A stretch of 64,000 bases of DNA. It comes from Hydrolagus affinis (lineage: Eukaryota). A program made the translations under genes and the position numbers. Shown here piece by piece: positions 11,701 to 23,700 of this stretch (position 1 is its first letter; every line of letters begins with the position of its first letter). The stretch lies in NCBI GenBank assembly GCA_012026655.1, contig JAAILG010000925.1:1-64000 (forward strand), read 5' to 3'. The notes beneath the pieces were generated by a model. It saw nothing but the letters and a program-made list of their open reading frames with translations, did not search any database and had not been told where the DNA came from.

Positions 11701-14700
11701 CCGCCTTACCCCCTCTTCGAAGTCCTGCCTGAAAACTTTCCTCTTTAACTATACTTACAGCCACCTACCCTCTTCCACTGGTTCGGAGTTAGGCTATGAG
11801 TCAGCACTCCAGCGCCTTGGAGGGTCCTCCCAACGTGAAAGGTGCTATACAAATGTAATTTTGTTGTTGTTGTTACCCGCTCGGAGACACTACCTTGCAT
11901 GGAGGGCATTATATAGTGCAAGTTGTTGCCGTTGATTAAAACTGCTCATGGGGAACGGGTTTAAAATGTAAAGCTATGTTTACGACAAGATGAGTAAATA
12001 TTGAATCTTTACAGCTAACCAGTGGGTCGTTATTCACTCTGCCAAATCATAACCGCTACGAAGCATGACTGGTAAAGTATTGGGCATTGCCAAGCTGTCA
12101 GCAAACCTCAACCATTCACTTCCAGTTACTGGTCAATACACTGTTCAGGCCAGCTGGAGAGATTGCCACCTGCTAGCAAGCATTCGTCAGTAAAACACTA
12201 AACGTCAGCCAACAGCAAGTTAGTTAGTTTGTAACCGCCAATTCCCACAGCTAAGGGTTTGGCTTAGATGCAGAAACCACCAAAAAGTGGATTTAGAGTA
12301 AATTCTCACCAGGCTGAGAATTGTTCGTTTAATGAATTTGCCCATGTCAAATACTATCAACCAGTATTCTACTCCAGGATGATTATCATCCCTTGACCAT
12401 AGGAACAGGAGTCTGACAAGTGCTTAACATTATCCCAGCTTCCAAAAGCATTATCTTAAACATCTTGATTGTTAAACGATTGAACACGGAGAAATCCTCA
12501 CAGCCCTCTCTGAGCAATCTGTCATTGGGCCCGGCTTTTAATCACAATATTTATGGAAGCAAAAAAAAACCTCTATAATAAAATGCTGACAGCTATAAAC
12601 TCAAAAAGCCACTGCCCTCTTGTTAAACATAGGGCAGATACTCTACAAATTGTAATTACTTTTCAGAGCTGTATAAAGATGAGCGATATGAAAGGTTCTG
12701 TGACTAAAGAGCCTCAATGTTTAGAGAAATGACAGTGCCATATATTTGTAAATGTAGTTTAGGATTGCTTGAAGGAGCCTAGAGATTGATATCTATGCTT
12801 GCCAGACGGGTAAATTAAAGAGGAATTCATCAAAAAGGTTTAGAGTAATGAGAATGGAGGTGTCACACATTTAAGATAATGTGACTATTATTATACATTC
12901 AACAGACCAGACCTCCACTAAAACTAAACTGAGTAGAAAAGGCACTGCATTAAGTTACCCAAATGCCCCTCATTAAAGAAATACTCAAAACTTTGTTAAT
13001 AAAGTCGTATCCTTAGCTCACTTTGATGGTTTTAAATCGTTGCACATTCAATGTTTTGCTTTAATGTATGATTTAAGTGCAATCATTTGCACTCCTTCCT
13101 TACCGTTTGCTTGGCCTTCTGAACGGTTGTGCCACTTTTCCGGTGGTTCCCCACTTCGAGGTAGGCTGAGACACTCTGTGTGGAGCAAAAAGACATTTAA
13201 AGTCAGTCTAGTTGAGATAGTGGGGTGGAATTAGTTAATCACAACTACTCACAGTGTGATAAGGGTGGGGTGGGGGGGAGAGGTAGGAGCACTGTCCAGC
13301 CCTCCCCACTTAAACCTCATTCATTTTCATGTTTCCCCAGAGGCCACAACAAGGTGAGCTCCACAATGGTAAGATGTTGGCCACAACCCTTGCGATTTAT
13401 CTCATACGGATACTGTAGCTATCACATGCCAGCTGATGGAACACAACAAAATTGGGGGATGGGATGAGAGAGGGAGTCAAGAGTCTGACATCCCCGCACT
13501 GAGGCCTTATGAGAACAGTTATGACAGAGTTCCTAAATTTCCACTTTTTAAAACCACAATAAATAACTTTCCAAATGTACCAGTACCAAACAATTTAACA
13601 CAGAGCTACTGAACTATTAGTTCTGGGAATAAGACCTTCTTAGAGTAATTCTTAGATGGCTTCCCACCACAGGTGCAGAAATTAGTGCATCCACTGCGTT
13701 ACATTTTGAGCATTGGTCTGGACTAGAAAAGGAGGAAAATTTGTCCAGGTCTCCCGCTTTTGATGCGATAACCTCTCTGCTGGAGATGTAAAAATCCTTC
13801 TGTTTGATAAAGCATCATTCACATGGGGAGGACATAAATGTTCCTATGATGTCTCCAAATGCTTTACAGGATTTATAGAAATGTAGTGACTGCATTTTAT
13901 AGACGAACAGAGAAGTCTACTTTGCGCACAGCAATATTCTACACACAGGCATGATGTAATGAAGAAAAGAACCCCAAAACCTTGAAACTGCAAAACACAT
14001 ATATAGATGTACAAACTATTCTTAAACACATTTCATTCTTTACTTAAGGTGCAGTGTTGAAATCTCACTCAAGCTCTACTGTAAAGGCCCTGGGCATCCC
14101 ATGTTGTATTCCCACCAGGATTATTCAGAGCTCTGCAGCTCATGTCCTCTCCTGCATCAATTTCCAGGAACTCATTATCTCCTTCCTCACCCAGCTTGAT
14201 TGACTCCCCATCCCCCAGAGGGTTGAGTTTAACAAACACTACTTGGTCTCTCTTTTAAAGATGTCCACATTCTTGCTTCTCCCTATCTCTGCGACCTATT
14301 AGTGTAATACCAACCTGCCTACACCCTCCACCACAGCAACGTCCTTTGCCCTGCCCATTCCACCATTGGAGGTTGAGTCTTCAGCCTTTCTGCCCCCACC
14401 CCCTGGAACTCCATTCCTAAAAGCCTCTGTCTTTCTCCCTCCCTTGCCTTGTTCAAGGCCCATCTCAAAATCTTCTTGTTCGACTGTGCTTTCAGCTATC
14501 GTCTCACTTCCGACCCCACTTTCCCTCCACCCCTCTCGATTCCAACCCCACCTGTTTGGATGCAAACCCTTGCGGTCCTGCGCCCTGGGATGTCCTTCTG
14601 ACTTGAAAGGAACTATATAACTACAATTTGTTGCTGTTGTGTTGCTGCCTCTTTTCAATCCAATTCAAACATTCCAATATAACTCTTTGAATACAACAAC

Positions 14701-17700
14701 AAAATTATATTTGTAGTGCGCCTATCACGTCAGGAGGAATAAGGAATGAAATGCATTTAGGAATGCCTCAAACTAAGACTTTTTCAGAATTAATAATCGT
14801 TTTGTTTTGGACTCAGATCACCTCAGCTTTTGATACACTTACTCAGCTTAATCATCATAAGATCACCTGAAGGCGGGTAACACAGTCTTCGGGCAAACTC
14901 GCTGCTATACCAAACCAGCAACTCGCTGTTAGCGGGGATTGGCTTCACTGTATAGAAGTAGATGTTCATTCCGTTCTGACAAGCAGCCAAACATTGCTCT
15001 TGCTTCGAACGGGCCGGGTTCACAAATCGCATCCAGTTACTCTTGTTTTCGTTAAATCCATCAATAAAGTGGTGGAACTCACCATCTGAATACACCTGCA
15101 ACAGATGTCAAAGGCAAACAAAAACTCAGTTTGTTTCCTCTAAAGAGATAAACAGTAGAGAGCGAAACAAATACAAACAAATAATATATGAAAAAAAGGA
15201 TTGTAATGGGCAAAAGTCACAAATGTGGATTTGTAATTTAATCCTATTAAAGATCATTTTAACAGTTACCTGCGTTTGCTCTGGAGCAAATCTTATATCA
15301 TTAACCTCCAACACAGAGCCTCTTAACCCCCCAAGGTAAGAACAACCAGCAACTACATACATCTGCTGCAGTTCTGATTGTACTTATAGGCACAGGCAAT
15401 GTGTTGAGTCACCCTAGCCTTGACGTCAAACTGCACAAGGCTACTCAAATTGAATCTTTGGCCTCCAGAAGTTGCACTTTCCTACTACCCCCACCCCAGG
15501 GCCACAGCTATACAAATCTTCCTGCCTTCAGTACTGGGCTGCTGTTGATAAAATTACTTGGAATCCTGAAGCGGATGGGAGGGACTTGTGCAGGGATCAC
15601 CTGCCGTTAGCGGGGGTGTACAGCTGTTTGAAGCTAGATCAAAAAGCTCTTTGCTCAATGACATGTTTGGCTTCTGTTGCAAGGCACCAATTACTTATTG
15701 CTTTGCTGCAGGGCCTCTAGCAGCTTTTCCAAAGCAGCAATAGAAATACTCAAGTGTCAGAAAAATATTGTTTTCAAAACTAAAAAATAGACTCTCTCTC
15801 ACACACACACACCACATAGAAGCACACGCAATCAAACACCTACTCATTCACTCATTCAAAATACACACTTCCTGTAAAAATCAAAGAGGAAAAATATGCA
15901 TTTGGTTTCTTCAGAATATTGTGGTCCAAAGTTGTGTGGTGAGTCTGATATGAGAAAATGGAACAGTAGAAAAGGTGAAATGTGGCCAGGGAGGTTTTCA
16001 GGTTCTGTTTAGTGTGAAACATTATTCTTTTTCTCTCTTGAAAAACTTCCAGGAACTGGTGACTCTGTCACTTCCATTACAAGACACTGTATGTGTGTGT
16101 GTGTGTATTTGAAATCTTGATAAGACTTCCAATGATTTTCCACAGTCTCATTTACTGTACAACCTAACTGAAACATAACTGAAAACACAAGATCCCATGA
16201 CATCAGCAAAACCCAAATTTAAATCATATTTCCATGCCATAATGTACACAGGAAGAAGAACAAAATACAAAGTAGCATTCACATCATCATGTTGTAGTTT
16301 TTCTGGTAATTAGTAAGATATTTTGCATCTTGGATCAGCCTGCACTGCAGTATAGTATTGCAGTTTGAGAATCCAGGCCAGATGTAAGCCCTAAATGACT
16401 AAATGTAGGAAGCAGAGACCATATTCCATCTAACATCAATTGAAAAAAACACTTTTAAAATCTAAGAATACATAGAATTGTGAAAATTCTTCATTTCAGT
16501 CCTAAATTTGAAATTGGTTTCTCTAAGAACAGCTAAAGAGCTTGCTTTCAAATTAAAAGTGGATTTCAGAATTTTTCACAATCATGCACTGTCTTAAATT
16601 TTAGGACAAATCGGTCTTGCAGGTGAAAGACTGGGTGGAATTGTCTGCAACAAGTTTTTAATGAGTTTTAAAAATGATTTCATTGAGGGGGATACCACAG
16701 TACTGTATTTCATCAATGGTTGTGATGGCTATGAATGAGTGTCCTCCACACGACACTTTTGACATCTCTTACACTTTGCAACCACACATTCTGGAGCTAT
16801 TAAGTTTAAAACAATTTAACCCCCATCTCTCTCCCCCCCCCTCCCCACACACACACACACAGACTTTAATTAAGGTCAAATATCTTAAGAAACCCATAAA
16901 AAGTTAGCATCATGCATGCTGAACACCCTTCCTGCCAAAGTACATCAACGCATTATGATACAAAATAATTTACATTTATACAGTTCCTTTCATATCAGAA
17001 GGATGTCCCAAAGTGCTGACCTGAGGCTGGGAGTCAAGGACAGTGGGAAAACTAAACAAAAATGCGACTGTAGAGGTTTTGCAATGCGCTTTGAAGGAAG
17101 CGAGAGAACTAGTCAGAAGGATTCAGGGGTGGAGTTTGAGAGGGTGGGGATAAAATAGCTGATAGCCAGCCGGCTATTTGCTGCCCTGCATGTAGGGTGC
17201 TATATGGTGGAGCTCGGTAGCTTAGTGGTTAGAGCTCTCGCCTTGCAAGTGTGAAACTTGTGTTCGAATCCAGGTAGATCAGGAAGAAAACCTTGGGCAA
17301 GTTTCCTTACTCCACACGCCTAATAATAATCCCTCCAAAACAATCCACAATAATAAAATTGTTCATTTCAATCCACGAGTGTTTGTGGGACACTGCAATT
17401 GGCTGCCATGTTTCACCCACAAATATACAGTCAATTCACTTTACAATATATTCTGTGAAGCGCTTTGAGACGTCGATAAGATGTGGAAAGCGCAATATCA
17501 ACTGCAAGGATTATTATTATTAGATAAATGCAAGCTGTTGTTGCCATTGGTTGCTTGGATAGGGTTAGTCTAAAAGGTGTTGTATATGTAGTGGGGGTGA
17601 CAAGGTGTTAGTTTAAATCACGTTTCCAAGTCAAAAGCTTGTAAAGTTTGATATTTGTACCCCAACTGAGACTGTGAGGAGCACTGCTCTTACTAAATCC

Positions 17701-20700
17701 ATCACCGCTTTGTCCCTGCCCTGGATCATTTCTCTGCCATCAGAGGCAAGTCACGACCATGGTACAAATGGGCTCTAAAATACTTACTTATGCCTCAAAC
17801 CCTGAACTAAAATGCACTTTCTTTTCACATTGACCTTTGCCGAGTCACCAGTGGTTAAAGAGGAGGAAATAAAACCCAGGATTTTGCATCAACTGTTTCT
17901 AATTAGTCCCCTGTCAACATGCAAATGTAACTTGCCTCTGAGCAGAACTAAACCATTTCCTATTCCATAAGAAGCATTATGTTCTGACATACAGGGCCAA
18001 GAATAGCCAAGATCAATTCATTACGAACAAGAAGCCCTCCCTCGAGATTCCCCACTCAATGTGGCACAGACAGTTACTCAGCTAATTTACACTCCCACTT
18101 TGCTACATATATGGTGTGTCACAGGAACTTTGCCGCTACTGATGTAAAACAGGAAGTGACAAACTTTTTCAGTAGTATTCATTTAGTGAATTAGCAATCG
18201 CACCAACACAATTTGTTTTTCTTTTCCCTTTCCTCCAATCTCCCCAAACTTACCCTCCAAAAGTATTTTCTGTTTGTGTTCTTCGGCACAGTGTCGTTAG
18301 TATAGATTTCACCGATGAGTGGTCCGAATCGAGTTCCTTTCGGGATGTACTCAATGCTCAGAACTCCCAGTACCTGAGGAGAGAGTGTCAGAAGGTGTGA
18401 TAGGGTTCAAACTGAATATAGCCAAATAAGAATGGCCCAGGTAGCAAGCCCATATGGGCCCCATATGGGCTTGCTACCTGGGGGAGAGGGACAGACGCTG
18501 CCAAATCATGTAAGCACCTGAGGAAATGTGACACTTGTTGCAAAATTAGTTTCCTAAATAACTTCCTCAAATGATCCATGATATAACAGCACTGTTCCAG
18601 GACCAGTCTATTGATTGTTATGGAAGCGTTTTATTTTAGAACTTCTCATTAGGCTAATTTTCCCGATGTAGATAAGATAATATTCAAATCCTCATCGCAC
18701 ATATTAATCACGCAATCCACAGCACACTTCCTCACAGCAAGTGAGTCAGCTGTAAATCCAACTGGCACTATTGTGCTCTGGGATTTTGACTGCTGCCCGT
18801 TGCCACCTTTTCACAGTCGCTAAATACCACAATAGCAACACAATGCCTTATCCTGGAGATACTTGGTCACCCTGTGTCAAAACAACTTTCCAGCCCATCA
18901 ACATTTATTATACAACATCTGCCAACCTTCAATTTGCCTGCCCGCCACTCATATTCTTAGAATGGTCATTCAAGACCCTTACTCGAGTATTACGCAAAGT
19001 GAGCTTCTTCCATTGGCAGCTTTCAACTAGCTCCCAGGTGAAAGAAAGCCCAGCAGATTTGGCTGGCACCGAGTTGGGAGTGCAAGTGTCAGTGTAGAAT
19101 AGGAATTATCTGGTCAGGCACTCACTCGGCACTGAACAGCTGTTGCTGCCGAGTCACAGCACTGTGGTTGATGTTCATGGCGATTTGTTTAAAACCTAAT
19201 TTTGGAGAGCAAGACAGTTAGAATACCCAGACAGAGTGCTTGCACACAAACTAAAAGGAAACAAACTAAATAAATTCCTAGACAATTCCTGGATTAGTAC
19301 CTATACTCAGGAAGAAGAGGCGTTTGATTCCCTGCCGCACTCGCTGCAAATCCATTCATGAGTCACAAGTCAGGAAGCCAAGTATTTATCCAGGCATAAA
19401 ACTGCAGTCGTAATTAATATAATTTACCACCTCTCAGAAAACTAAGGAACAGTTTACATGCACGTACACATGTACACACACGCGCACACACCTCTATTTG
19501 TTGTGCTAGTTTGGGGCCTGGATTTCACATTTGGGTCTCTCTGACTTCCAAGAGCCAGGGGTAAGAATTTTGTTTGCTCAGGGTCATTCAGTGTAGCATT
19601 GTGATCTCATGTGCAGGACACACCTGCACTTCTCCCACTTGCGTTTCTAATCCCCCTTCAAATTTTCAAATTACTTTGCACTTTCGTTTCAAAAATAAAA
19701 AGTCTTGACATCTCTCGGGCCTTTTCTTACTTCTGTAAATAGCTAGCCGGTTGAAGTTTTACTTCCATGTTGTGGGTTTTCACTCATACATCTGTGCATC
19801 ATGATGCAGCACATCCCTATTGCCAACGAGGCTGGCTTAAACCACACAAAACGCTTAGTCAACCTTTCCTTCTCACAGATCAGTGGTGCCATTTAACCCC
19901 CTTATCCACTGAGTTATTTTTGTTCTGTCGCCAGTAATGAGTATTGTCAAAAAGGCACTTCACAATAGCTGTTTTTACTTTTGAGTATACTCATTTGTTT
20001 ACAGTTCTCACACCTGTATGCACAAGAGATAGTTATGAGAAAGAGCGATTCTAAAAATCACCTCGAGAACAGAAGCTGAAACCAACTTGTTTGACGGGTT
20101 ACTAAAAGGACAATCATAATTTAGAGAGAGCACTTGTCAAAAGCCTATCAGTGGCTCTGGACTGTACAATCTATTAGCTTGCTGCAACCTCACCACCTTG
20201 TACAGGTCTGGGAGAGCAGTTAGCCCTCTGCCACCTCCCTCTGCCCTCAGCAGGGAACAAGTAGTGTTTTCTCCAGGGCTGGGGTTAAGATGCCAAGTGT
20301 CTTCATAAGGTCAGTGTGTGTCCACCACTCAGTCTTTCCAGTAGCCACCAGCACCAACCCAGCAGCGAGAACACTGGCTGATATTTCCCTTCCCTGGCCC
20401 AAGAGACATTAGGGTCTGACCTACTTGTCTAATGACTAAAAACAACAATCTTTCCACCACGTCTCTTTAATGGGATTTCCCATTTTAAACCCAGAGAAAC
20501 AATTGCTTGTTTTTAAAGAAGACAGCCAAAAATAACCTTAGTTGAAGTCATCAATAGTATCCTCTTGTCCTGCATGGGTTAAACCAGTTAATAGAGCAGT
20601 ACAGCACCCAAGACCATTTGGCTAATCAACCCTATATAAACCAGGAATGGGTGGAATGGCTGGCCTCCTATTGTGCTGAAATTCCTATGATGCTCTGAGT

Positions 20701-23700
20701 CCTGTAGCTCAATGGTTAGAGCACCAGCCCCACTTGAGAGACCCGGATTCGCACCCTGGCAAGGCAAAATGTTGGGCAAGATACCTTACTCCACACACCT
20801 CTGTTTACTTAGCAAGAAGTGAGAACCCTGTTGTTAAGCCAGATTGCTTTTCGGTGGGTGGGTGGTGGTGGGGGGGGGCAGAGGCGGGGGAGAGGAGTTA
20901 ATAATTTCTTCCAAAATTGGTCACTCCATCCAAGGGTGTTTGTGGGACACTGCTGTGCACAATTGGCTGCCGTGTTTTGCCCACAAATAGTGTCAATTTA
21001 CTTAACAGTATATTCGGTGAAGTGCTTTGAGACATTTCGAAGACATGTAAGGCGCTATATCAAATTCAAGGATTATTATTATTATTATTATTATAATAAT
21101 CCCACTTCCCTGCTCACTCCATATACTTTAAATTGATTAATTTCAATTTCTTTCCAATTTCCTAATAAAATTTTCCCATAGTATTAGCTTGATGCACTTG
21201 TATCTGGGGACTCTCTCCTTTGGATAACTGAACAACACAATGTGCTACTAGGCACATTTGACCACTCGTCTAATCAAAATGGTTATGTTCTTTTTCTACT
21301 AAATACAAATTCATTGGCATAGCCGTGATTCACCAATGAAGGTGCACACAAAGTAGACTTAAAGCACATTGCTATAAATGGCCCCTTTTCCCTTTACCCA
21401 GTCACTCGGGCAGAACATTCATCCTCCATCCTATTCTAAACATTGGCCCAATCGCCCAGCAATAGATGTGCTACACTAAAAGGTGGCTGTTTAAAATCAA
21501 GTGTACAAAGCTTTCAGCTCTACATTAGCCTGTCCTAACAGTGATCCCAAAAGCCACTGTAACTGACCACCACCCTAATGAATCACACAGGAGGGCAGGG
21601 CTGATGTCTGGCAAGTATAAACACATGGCGGATAACAGGTAGAAAGCTTCAACACTTTCATGCTTGATATCCCCCTCAGAAGCCATTGCTCTCGATAGTT
21701 TATGGCAGTGTTGACCCTTCTAGCACTGAGGAACATCTATCCTTGTCAGTGGGCTAGGTCAATGAAGACATCCTGCCTATGTCTGTCTCCCAGACAAAAA
21801 ACAGCCAAGCACAGTCTTCATTAACTCAAATTACTTTAAGTATTTACATAGGAAACAACTGCAAGTTATTAATTAAATGTCTGAAAAGCAATGGTGATTA
21901 CAGCATGCATGTTGTGATAGTTAGGTGTGTTTAAAACAGCCCTTTAAAGAGTCTGTAATGTTTAATTACACAATGCTATTCAGAGATCTGAAACCTCAAT
22001 GCTTTGCTTTCTTCTTTTTTTTAACAACACCATCTCCACCCACCCTTTGGTAGTAGTAGTGGCGGCGTGGGGGGAGGAGGAGGAGAAATTCCCCTATTCT
22101 TGATAGAAAAGTCAGTTTGTAGTCATAACATAATGTGAAGATCCAGGAAAAACAGGTCTCAATGGTTTAAAGGAACGGTTGTTGCACGCCATCCAAGCTT
22201 GCCACTACAGCTCAGTGTTGAGCATAAGGGAGCTCCACCACTATCTCTCTTCCATAATAGGAACACACTGAACGAATTTTAAAGCCAAAAAACCTTCACC
22301 AAATTGTCATAGAGGCAATAGCCTTATATTTGATTTTCCTGCATCAAATCTACCAGTTAGAGGCTGGCAGGAGGCAGGTTCCATATGGAATTTCTCTCTT
22401 GGTGACATTGTGAATGGGATCACCGCCCACAGCTTGTTGGGAGTGAAGTTTATGCTGTTTCATAAGCAGTTCCTTATGTTAGTTAACACACACAATGCCA
22501 AAACTCTGCCTCATTTGCCTCTGTTTGTGAAATTACACGAGGGGAATTCCAAGTGGAGTTTTATGGCCAGTTTGCCTCTAATGAAACAAGGGGCAGTGAG
22601 TGCCCGTGACATACAAAGATGTCCCTCTATTACTGTATAATTCAACGTTACGTGTTTCCCCCTTAAACTGCCTATCACACCCAATCTGCAAATGGCACAA
22701 CCGTTTTCTTTTGGTCCTGGCGGGAAATTCCATGGTCAAAAGTATCTTATAGTAATAAATGAATAAGTGTCTTAGGACAACAGCAACTTGTACAGTCCAC
22801 TCACTCCGTGAAGGAACTTTTGTCAACGAATTATTTTATTGTGAAACTCAAAGCGATAAAACATGCTTAGCTATTCATAGATTAAACATAAATAACTGTG
22901 AGGTTGTGACAAATATTTTCAAGGAGGCCATATATATTATATATATATTATATTATACATGCAGAGTTTATTTCATGTCTGTGTTACACCAGTATCACTG
23001 CATTTCAGGGAATGTCAACTCTCTACCTGAAACAAGGCTCTATAGCTTCAAATGGTCAAATTTAACTGAGAATTCTTCCTAATTTTTCTTACTTCTATAG
23101 TTTTGAAACAGCTGCAATTTAAACTTCTAGCTGAACCTGATGTGGTGTGTGCTCTGGAGAGAATCCAGTTCAAACCTGGAGTGAAATCTCCACATCCTCC
23201 AGATGTGAAAGGCAGTACAATACATATAAATTTGTATTGTATACCGCAATAAGGATTGGCCTAAAGTATTCTTCCCACTGGTGTAATGCCATGTTTTTAG
23301 ACAATATGAGTAGGGGGATAGAATAATTCTGGAGCCTGGCATCAGGTCACTGGTGCTCAATTTACATTCCACATAACACGGCTATTTTGCTATACTCCTG
23401 CCCGAGTAGAGGTAAACAGCCATTTCAGCTACAAATACCAGCCACAAGCGATAGGTCTCAAATGTCTCTAATATCTCTAATATTATTATTATTATCATCT
23501 CCAGACACTTTGCTATAATGCTCGCTCATTAATAGGATCAGAAACAATGCAAGAAATTAAATCTCTGCCTTCCCCCATGGATTAGTCAATGAAGACACAA
23601 TGTGGTGCTGACTCAAACAGATGGGAAAGATCCCTAGTTCAATCCCCAGTCCTAGTTAGCTGATCCCTGTCAAGGCAGAGGGTACAGTATTAGGAGTTTG

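Noticed and set aside
11124-11764. Overlapping 202-aa and 189-aa ORFs as a nested gene
   Set aside because: Decayed L2 ORF2 3' end.
11797-11806. MARE-like TGAGTCAGCA (also TGCTGACTCA 23606-23615 and TGCTGAGTCA 53651-53660)
   Set aside because: The first two lie inside repeats and the third is isolated; no clustering like that at 7120-7410.
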